DNA of 64,000 nucleotides from Mytilus edulis (Eukaryota): NCBI RefSeq assembly GCF_963676685.1, contig NC_092344.1, positions 121,582,001 to 121,646,000 of the forward strand, read 5' to 3'. Shown piece by piece: positions 39,721 to 51,200 of this stretch (position 1 is its first letter; each line of letters starts with the position of its first letter). The notes under the pieces were generated by a model. It saw only the letters and a program-made list of their open reading frames with translations, ran no database searches and was not told where the DNA came from. The position numbers and the translations under genes were made by a program.

Positions 39721-42700
39721 CAGAAGCTATAAAATACATATTTTTGGGGATTTTTTTTTTGCTAAGGGTCATATAAATGGTTACTATGAGAGCCACAATC
39801 TGAAATTGACATTTATCTCTTCAAATAGAGATCAATTAATATTTAGATCCAATTGAACTAAATTTTCTTCATTTTTAACTTAAAACTTGCAAATTTCAAA
39901 CTTTTTGTTTTCTTTTAGATATTTTCATTCACTGCCATGGCAACACATTTTTTTTTTTAGAAAAATAACACTATTCCACTTTTTTTTTATATTTTGGACT
40001 TTATGCTTTATTCATTATACATGTATATGCATTATTTTAAGAACATCTGTTGGTGCATTTTTTTACAGTCTATTATTAAAATTGGTAAAAAATACAATTT
40101 TCCAGAAATCAAAAAAAGGACAAAATCAAGGTTTTTGGCAGCTTAAAAAAACTGTGATAGGATTTTTTTTTTATTATGTTATATGTTGTTATTATATGCT
40201 TAGATCATTGTCTTCGTGATGACAAATAAAGAATATGACTTCAGAACAGTTTGCGTTATGTTTTATATGCAAAGAAAACGGTAATTTCACTGATTGGAAG
40301 ACTCTTGTAGAAGCCTTATTTGGTGATGTATGGTAACCATGGCAACCACAACTCTGTGTATCAATATTATACCAAATTTGAAACAAGGGTGACATATTAG
40401 GATTAACTACCAAGTTTCATTGAAATTTGAGATCCTCACTTTCCCACCCTATATCAGAAATTTTGATGCTTACAGAGAATGGCTCTTTAGAGACCAAATA
40501 ACACAGAAATTAACAGGTTAAGGTGACCATACGGCCTTCATCAATGAGAAAAGCCCATACCGCATAGTCAGACTTCGAAATCACCATGTCAAAACAATGC
40601 AGACGAGAAAATTAACGGCCTAATTAATGTACAAAAAATTAACGAAAAACAAATATGTAACAGAGCAACAAACGACATCCACCGAATTACAGGCTCCTGA
40701 CTTGAGACAGGCACATACTGTATACAGAATGTGGCGTGGTAAAACATGTTAGCAGGAACCCAATACTCCTAATCTGGGAGGACAGCGGTGTAATAGAACA
40801 ACGTAAGTACGAACTATAAAAAATCAGTTGAAAAAGGCCTAACTCATCAGATGGACAAATAGAAATACATATAACAAAAACATAAAGTGGACCTGGCCGA
40901 ATACTTGTACATCCCAACAACAAAAATACACTAAGTACAGATCTGAGAGAACTCGGATTTACTGACAGCTAGTTCAAAGACAATTACAACTACTTAACAA
41001 AATCTAAGACTAATAGAATGTTACAATGAATGCAAGCAAGCTGAATAATATAGGGTTTATGCCAATTAAGCCAAGTAAGACAACAAAGCCCCCCAACACA
41101 CAACCAAAACGAATCTAAAATTTGTTTAATTGTCTTTAAAATGAACTCAATTTTTCCAAAATCCAAAGTGCTAAAACAATATCCCTGATATCAAGCTGGA
41201 CTAAGGTTCATCCATCTAAAGTGTTTTCGAATCGTCCACAAGTCGTGTTAATTTTTCTGTGCGGAATAGGAATATTAAAATTTGCTTCAACGCATAGAAG
41301 AAAACTGCCACGCTCATCGCTATTTAAGACTTTCACCTGCTGATTTTGTTTTACTGCTGGGAATAATTGTTAAAAATTTGGTATAAAATATCAAGATTAT
41401 ATATACTTGTGCTTGTCACCGAGATATCAGAACAGCACACAAGTAATACCGAAATCATATATCAACCTGGCCAACTCAATCTCTACATCACACTTGTTAG
41501 ATTAAGTGAGGACATTTGTTCCCGCCTTTAATATGCATGAAATATATTTTACTGTGCATTAATCAAACAACAATATCATATCAGATCAGATCAAGGTCAA
41601 TGTCACATCCAATCAATCAACCAACCAAGACAATGTCAATAATATGGTCATAATTATAAATTAACTGTTGACAAAACTTTCTTTTTTTGAAATACAAAGG
41701 CTTTTCTTTCTCAGGAATAGATAACCTAAGCTGTATTTGGCAAATGATAAACATCTTTCAGCAATTTTGGTCCTCAATTCTCTCCAACTTCTTACTTTAT
41801 TTGCCATTTTTAATGCTTTTTTTCGAGCGTCACTGGTGAAACTTTTGTGGACGAAACGCGCAACTGGCGCAAATACAACATTTTAATCCTGGTATCTATG
41901 ATGGGTATATTCACAAACGTTTGAACAAGTGTATACCTGTATAAAATATTTGAATCTACTTCATTCACAAGAGTCGATAATGTTACAACAGTATCATATG
42001 CTATTGTTTCGGATTTCTTAGTATTGACACCACTGATCTGTTGTCTACTTCTACTTCTGCAATACATCAATGTAAACAGAATCAAATAACACGATTTGTT
42101 AAAATTTTATATTATATAGATGTTATTGATTGCATATATTTGTTAATACAATCAAAATATAAAATACAACATAAACAACTAGCTTTCTGGAGCTGGCATG
42201 TCAGTAACTGCTAGTAGTCTGTTGTTATTTATGTATTATTGTCATTTTGTTTATTTTCTTTTGTTTCATATTCTGGTAGGACTCGGTTTTCTCTTAAACT
42301 GAGTTTTACTGTGCATATTGTTGTGTGTTTGTTTTCTTTACATTGGCTAGAGGTATAGGGGGAGGGTTGAAATCTAAAAAAAAACATGTCTAACCCCGCT
42401 GCAATTTTCGCCTGTCCCAAGTCAGGAGCCTCTGGACGTGCGGGAGTTTCTCGCTACATTGAAGACCCATTAGAGGCCTTCGGCTGTTGTCTGCTCTATG
42501 GTCGGTTGTTGTCGCTTTGCCACATTCCCAATTCCATTCTCAATTTTATTAGTTCTCATTTGTTTACTTTACGACAAGAAAATACTTCGATTTTGCTGTA
42601 TCATTATGCATTTGAATGACACAATGGTCCACCAACACATGTATAGCAAGTATTATATATATACTCGAAGGAATGTATAAGCACAGGCTCTTAATTGGTA

Positions 42701-43372
42701 CAAATAAGTTGAAATCATCTCATCAAAAGATTTAATGAGGTTTCATTAATTGAATGACTTTTATTAAAGTATAGCCTCTGATTTTAGCTATATAATTGTA
42801 TATCATCAACAGTTAACCAAATTGTTATGAAATGACGTTCGTTCAAATTTTATTTTTTTAACCAAAATCGATATGATATAGTACTCAGCAAATAGACCAA
42901 ACTGCCAAAAAGATATCAGCTGACGAACAACGGTGGTTGATTCGATGTTTAGAATACGAGGTATAAAATTTATTTGAAGAGGTTAGATTACATAACTGTT
43001 TGGCCTCTTATATATTTAACCTCAATGAAGTTGTTTGCAAAAGTAACATGAATTTATTTACTACATAATACAGTTCAGATATGTTAAGCAAAAAAGAGGC
43101 AACAGTACCAAAGGACAACAAATCAGAAAAAAACATCATTGTTTTCATGGTTGCTAAGATGCTTGGTCGTAATGCCATTGTGTGCTTCTTTGTTACATAT
43201 TTGTTTTGTTTTCGTCTTTTTTAAGTGATTACTAGTAAGATTATAAAACAATGTTAACTGCTGTATGTTTTACATTTTTACCTATTATGTGTGTTTGTTT
43301 CATTCATCGTTGTAAATATATTGAAATATGATGCGAATTTGGCATACGTTCGAGGGTTAGCTAGCTATTTAA

Positions 43373-44112
43373 GGTTTATATACCCTTCTGTAGCCATTTT
43401 TGTACGAATTTTTCAAACCTCAATTGTATCAAAACTAAAGATATAATAAATAATAGAGATAGGCCATTTTAGTACATGTTCCAAGGGGAAACTTGATGCA
43501 AAGCATTAATTTTTATTGTTTCATTGCATTTGATAGAAAAAGAGAACTTTGTGGCAAATAAATCAAGATTTTTATAGAAAATCCACAGCCTTTAATACAA
43601 AGATTTTTATTATAAAATTTGAATCATAAATTACTCACTTGATTTTCTATGATATGCTAGTGTTTATTTTTTACAAAAAGTTCTAAGTAACCTGTAAATT
43701 CCAAAACACCTCGTGCTGAGTCACTAAAGTCGAGCGCACCCTAAAAGGTGTACTTGATTTTGGCCATATTTATACTTGTCTTAACCAATAACTACATTTA
43801 TAAACTTGTTTTAAGGAAATCAATGCTAGCACTGCATGCAATAATCCTATATCTATCAGTCATCGAATTGCCAAATATGAGAGTACAAGGATAAAGGCTG
43901 TGGATTTTCTATAAAAATCTTGATTTATTTGCCACAAAGTCCTCTTTTTCTATTAAATGCAATGGAACAGTAAAAAATGATGCTTTGCATCAAGTTTCCC
44001 CTTGGAATATGTACAAAATGGCCTATCTCTATTATTCATAATATCTGTAGTTTTGATACAATTGAAGTTTGAAAAGTTCGTACAAAAATGGCTACAGAAG
44101 GGTACATAAACC
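43373..44112. mobile_element. Kolobok-like MITE with long TIRs inserted in a SINE copy
   Basis: ttaa|ggtttatatacccttctgtagccattttt...aaaaatggctacagaagggtacataaacc|ttaa, with inverted arms of about 220 bp. Confidence 0.8.
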
Positions 44113-45213
44113 TTAACCAGGTTCAAGCCACCATTTTCTACATAAGAAAATGCTTTGACCAATTCAGGAATATGACAGTTGTTATCCATTCGTTTGATGT
44201 GTTTGAGCTTTTGATTTTGCTATTTGATTATTTACTTTCCGTTTTGAATTTTCCTTAGAGTTCAGTAATGACAGTATTTTTGTGATTTTACTTTTTACAG
44301 ACAAAGCCATAGATAAAAACATAACGAAAATACCAAAATCAGTCTAAAAGCAATACACAAAAATCTGCGAATTGATCAGCACAAAACCTATCAAAATACC
44401 GAGGAGAGAAAACAGATGATTTGAACACAAGTTCTCCTGAAGGGTTAGCAGAACCTTCTTTACAATTGGCACCTGTTGTGATTCACATGAGTTGGAACAC
44501 AGTGATACGTCTCATTCGATCATATCACGATCAAAGACGGAATTGTCTGAATGCATCTCTTGTCATATGTAGCACAGATATTCAAAAAGTTTTAACCCAA
44601 TTATAATAACGTCTGTAACACTTCTGTCTCGGGGAGAACTTTAACTTTACCGTTTGGAACCCTTAAAAACATTATCATTGAGCTGGGACATAAATAAAAT
44701 AGTGATATAAAAACAATTTACTGTTATGTTGTTTTTGCAGCTGTTGTCTATTGTTGCATTTATAAATAAAAACAAAGTTTTATGCAAATGACTTTTCTAT
44801 ACAATAAATCAGGCAACTGACCACCGGTTGTGATGTGACTTTAGAGGGAAAGATTCTGAAAAAAAAACAAACACATAAATTACATATTCAAAGTTCAATA
44901 TTGCCTATCAATTTTTTAAACTGATCCCATCTTTGAATACAAATATTCTTTCAAAAGATAGATGGATACATTATTGAAAATAGAAAATGCCTTTTTGAAA
45001 TGTATAAATACAAAGTAAAATTACAAAAATATAGGTAAATTCAACACGGAACGTCCCTTATCAAATAGCAAAATTAAAAGCTCAAACACATTAAACGACT
45101 GGAATATAATTGTCCTATTTCTTACTTGGTACAGGCATTTCCTTGTGTATAAAATTGTGAATTGAATCTGGATTTATAGCTGTATATTATGACGAGTTAA
45201 CCTTACCTCTACT

Positions 45214-48200
45214 TTATAATTGTTCGGTATAGATATTGTTTCCTTGGCATACCACGCGAGCATTAGTTCCTTTTATAGGTATCACATCTCCTTTGGCATA
45301 TACTGTACCATCAAATAGACATCCACCTACAATTAATAATTACTTGTAAAAAGTCTCATTTTTATATTGTTTTGATCAAGTTAATACTTAAAATCTTCCA
45401 ATGTATTGGTTTATTAATTATAAAATATGTAAGGGATATAAAAAGATCAAATTATTCATAAGTTAGCTGAAGAAAGTAAGACTTTTTCTTATTTCGTACA
45501 GAATAATTGTTTTAATATGAAGTTAAATTTGTAGAAAATTGAAAACTGCATTCAGTTTCTCCAATATTAGAACCATGCAACAATGGGTCAATTTAAGTAA
45601 ATCTATTTTGCTTCAAGTCTGTCCTAACATATGCGTTTTTAAAATTATAAAGTGAGGTGGTTTGATTAACAACTATTATAAGAACTCATCGTGTTATAGA
45701 CAGACACATGCAGCAACAAATAGTTACATATACTCACTTTGTCCATCTACTGAGCGTTTAGTCTGCGGACATATACCACTTAAAAAATAATAAAGAAGAT
45801 TTACTTTAAATCCACAATTCGCTTCCTGTGGATTATATAGCACTGATAGTTTTTTTCAACGGAAATCGCGATTTGTTCTAAGGGTGATTCCCAACTTTAT
45901 TATACAAGGTTATTTGAAAAGTATATTCACCTAAACCATATACTAGCATCAATCAAACAGAAAGCAAGTAATAGAAATTCCAAATTACTATATGTTAAAC
46001 TAAACTTTTATCTTTTTACAAACGCAATCTTTATATTACTGGTAAATTATTAAGTCAGTGATTCCGTTACCGGTACCACAAATTACCTTAAACTTTTACT
46101 AATTTTTTTCATAGATATAAAGATTTGGTTTTGAAGTTTAGTTGCACCTGTAGAAAACTTATTTCAAACGGTAAAGCACATCCTTATGCTATGCATTCCC
46201 AAAGTTAAACGAATCGATAACGTATTTAAACAATGACCGAAGAAAAAACAAATGCCAACAACATGAGTATTGTCTAAGACAATATATTTTTTTTGCACCA
46301 CAATGAAAGGTGTCTATACATCGGTTTGTTTGCCAACAGGTTTTCACTATGTTAATAAAAAGGCATCTGTAAATAAAACGTTTACTTACTATAGCGATGT
46401 AATAGGTCCTAGATTATTGTTTCCCAAACATGTCATTTTACCCAAACAGGATGGTATAATAATTTCCTCATTAGCAGCATAAACTCTGCCATCAAACAAA
46501 CACCCAGCTGAAATTATCATAAAAACATTATGAATTTGTGTGTTTGTGTAAGAGAGAATGTCGAAAAAACAAGAATGTGTCCCCAGTACACGGATGCCCC
46601 ATCCGCACTATCATTTTCTAGGTTCGGTGGACCGTGAAAATGGGAGAAAAATTAATCTCTACTTTGGCAATAAAATTAGAAAGATCATATCATAGGAAAC
46701 ATGTGTACTAAGTTTCAAATTGATTGGACTTCAACTTCATCAAAACTATATCGACCAAAAACTTTAACCTGACGGACGGACGAACGGACGGACGGACACA
46801 CAGACCAGAAAACATTATGCCCATAAATGGGGCATAAAAACAAGGGATATGGGGTATTTGTCTTTGAAACACATCAATATATGCACAACAATAAAAAACA
46901 CACAAATCAAATGTACAGCGCTGTTATTGTTGTTCTTCGTCTTACAGCCAGATTGAGACTTTCAGAACGAAGCAATAGTATGATTTACAGAATGTCAAAC
47001 TATATTTGTATTACTAATTATTGTAGCTACATGTAACTTATACGATTAATTTTTTGCATAAAGTTATATTTTGGTGTTTTATCAATAGTATTTGAAGAAG
47101 TATTGAAGCAACTATTCACAAAGAAAACTTACTCTGTCCATTTACATCCCTTCTGTCTTTTACTGGACATATTCCACTGTAAAATAACAATTAAATCATT
47201 AAAAAATAGAATAAAAAAAAAATACAGAACTCCGAGGTCAATCCAAATGGGAAAGTTCGTTATCAAATAGCAAAATCAAAATCCCAAACACATCAAACGA
47301 ATGCATAACAACTGTCATATTCCTGACTTGATATACGCATTTTCTTATGTAAAAAATGATTGATATAACCCCGGTTTTAGATGGAAAATATCACTGTCAC
47401 AATTTACTCTATTTTGGTGACAAACAGAAATAAAGTCGATATCAGTATTTTTCTACGTTATATTTCTATACTTAAACAATTGATTGCAACTCTTTCTTGC
47501 GGTTTATTTTGTCTTATTCAACATTTTACAGCATCAAATACACAGAGCAAAATGCAACTGTATAATTTATATGAAAGCTAAAAATACTGACCCAAGACTT
47601 TTAATCTCTCCATAGGAATTGAATCCCAAACATTCCATTTGAGCCAAACAATGACTGATTGTGATAATGTCGTTTTTATTGTAAATTTTACCGTCAAACA
47701 AACATCCAGCTGAAAGTTTAAAACAGAAAATGCAAATGTATAGGGTTGTAAATCATATCATTTTTGTTTACAATTTGTTATGCATATTTAGTTTTTCTCC
47801 CTTCATTTGTCGGAATACTGTTCAGTTTATTGTTAGATGAATGTTATAAATATACTAGTAATACATTAGTTGATCTCAACCAAACATTAAAATGACCTAT
47901 AGTTGTTAATTTCTGTGTCATTTTGGTCTCCTGTGGAGAGTTGTCTCATTGGCAATCATACCACATCTTCTTTTTTTATTTTATAGTTTTAATCTTTAAA
48001 AAGAGTAAAGCTTAACATCAGAAATAAATCAACGTAGTCTTCGATAAAACACAAAGTGGGGAATTATATTAAGGAAGCAGTCAGAACTCTGAGAAAAAGT
48101 GATAAAATGTGTCCTTATTTTAAAAAAAATCTGCTATAATGATTTTAAGATCGTCTGTTGGTGTTTTTTTTATAATATGTATGCCTCAAAACATAAAACA

Positions 48201-51200
48201 TCGAAAAGCACCAAAACTGAAAATCCCCAACTTTCCTCATCGATGTTTTTCTTAATCTTACGTCAATCTTATAATCTATAAAAGGAAACATTACAATCAA
48301 GTTGAACGTGTATTTGCTATCAACAAAGAAGTAATATAGCTATTTTACAGTCATAATTCAATATCCCATTCATCAACAAAGAAGTAATATAGCTATTTTA
48401 CAGTCATAATTCGATATCCCAAACATCAACAAGCAAGTAATAAAGCTATTGAACAGTCATAATTTAATATCCCATTTATCAACAAGCAAGTAATAAAGCT
48501 ATTGATCAGTCATAATTCAATATCCCATTTGTCAACAAGTAAGTAATAAAGCTATTGATCAGTCATAATTCAATATCCCATTTGTCAACAAGCAAGTAAT
48601 AAAGCTATTGAACAGTCATAATTTAATATCCCATGATGGGTTTGTGGTGTTTTTCATCGCATTTTTTAAAATTAGCAAATGAACTTACTTTGTCCAGTTG
48701 ATCGTTTTGTTGAAGGACACACGCCTCTGAAAATACAAATATGGCATGCTAACAATACTGATACATTCACGTCTTATGGTTACAATTGATTTATATTTAT
48801 TGCCTCTAAATATGAATATCAAGATGTGGTATGAGTGCATTACATATATTAGTAAATAAAAGACAAAAGATAAAAGATTATCCATATATTTAGAAAGCTT
48901 TAAAACTATCCAATTATGACTATTGAAAAAGCATTTAAAAATTTAAGGAACAGATGCCAGACTAAGTACCCATATTGTTCTAGGCTTGAATATACATTGT
49001 TTCCCATACATGTCATGGCACCCAGGCAGTGACTGATGATGATTTTATCTCCGGTGCCGTACATTGTACCATCGAATAAACATCCTAAAATAAATATTAA
49101 AATTTTATCTGCTAAATAAAAAAAACCGAATGAAATAAAACGAATTCTACGCAAAATGATCTGTCCTGTTTTTATGATTTTGTTTTATATTGATTGATTA
49201 CTTGTTGATATTTTACTTCCCTTTCAGCACTTTTGGATGAAGTGTGTGCCCACCAATGGCCTTCGTCAAGATAACTGAAAATGTGAATAACAGAGATCGG
49301 TTTCGAGCTACTTGCAGGTTTCAAACTCTGTGTTGACAGGCTAGTGGTACTGTAGATGAACAGCTTAGACTACCCACCGTGGATATTGATCTGTGTTGAC
49401 AGGCTAGTGGTACTGTAGATGAACAGCTCAGACTACTCACCGTGGATATTGATCTGTGTTGACAGGCTAGTGGTACTGTAGATGAACAGCTTAGACTACT
49501 CACCGTGGATATTGATCTGTGTTGACAGGCTAGTGGTACTGTAGATGAACAGCTTAGACTACTCACCATGGATATTGATCTGTGTTGACAGGCTAGTGGT
49601 ACTGTAGATGAACAGCTTAGACTACTCACCATGGATATTGATCTGTGTTGACAGGCTAGTGGTACTGTAGATGAACAGCTTAGACTACTCACCATGGATA
49701 TTGATCTGTGTTGACAGGCTAGTGGTACTGTAGATGAACAGCTTAGACTACTCACCATGGATATTGATCTGTGTTGACAGGCTAGTGGTACTGTAGATGA
49801 ACAGCTTAGACTACTCACCATGGATATTGATCTGTGTTGACAGGCTAGTGGTACTGTAGATGAACAGCTTAGACTACCCACCGTGGATATTGATCTGTGT
49901 TGACAGGCTAGTGGTACTGTAGATGAACAGCTTAGACTACTCACCGTGGATATTGATCTGTGTTGACAGGCTAGTGGTACTGTAGATGAACAGCTTAGAC
50001 TACTCACCATGGATATTGATCTGTGTTGACAGGCTAGTGGTACTGTAGATGAACAGCTTAGACTACTCACCATGGATATTGATCTGTGTTGACAGGCTAG
50101 TGGTACTGTAGATGAACAGCTTAGACTACTCACCATGGATATTGATCTGTGTTGACAGGCTAGTGGTACTGTAGATGAACAGCTTAGACTACTCACCATG
50201 GATATTGATCTGTGTTGACAGGCTAGTGGTACTGTAGATGAACAGCTTAGACTACCCACCGTGGATATTGATCTGTGTTGACAGGCTAGTGGTACTGTAG
50301 ATGAACAGCTTAGACTACTCACCGTGGATATTGATCTGTGTTGACAGGCTAGTGGTACTGTAGATGAACAGCTTAGACTACTCACCATGGATATTGATCT
50401 GTGTTGACAGGCTAGTGGTACTGTAGATGAACAGCTTAGACTACTCACCATGGATATTGATCTGTGTTGACAGGCTAGTGGTACTGTAGATGAACAGCTT
50501 AGACTACCCACCGTGGATATTGATCTGTGTTGACAGGCTAGTGGTACTGTAGATGAACAGCTTAGACTACCCACCGTGGATATTGATCTGTGTTGACAGG
50601 CTAGTGGTACTGTAGATGAACAGCTTAGACTACCCACCGTGGATATTGATCTGTGTTGACAGGCTAGTGGTACTGTAGATGAACAGCTTAGACTACCCAC
50701 CGTGGATATTGATCTGTGTTGACAGGCTAGTGGTACTGTAGATGAACAGCTTAGACTACCCACCGTGGATATTGATCTGTGTTGACAGGCTATAGGTACT
50801 GTAGATGAACAGCTTAGACTACCCACCGTGGATATTGATCTGTGTTGACAGGCTAGTGGTACTGTAGATGAACAGCTTAGACTACCCACCGTGGATATTG
50901 ATCTGTGTTGACAGGCTAGTGGTACTGTAGATGAACAGCTTAGACTACCCACCGTGGATATTGATCTGTGTTGACAGGCTAGTGGTACTGTAGATGAACA
51001 GCTTAGACTACCCACCGTGGATATTGATCTGTGTTGACAGGCTAGTGGTACTGTAGATGAACAGCTTAGACTACCCACCGTGGATATTGATCTGTGTTGA
51101 CAGGCTAGTGGTACTGTAGATGAACAGCTTAGACTACTCACCGTGGATATTGATCTGTGTTGACAGGCTAGTGGTACTGTAGATGAACAGCTTAGACTAT

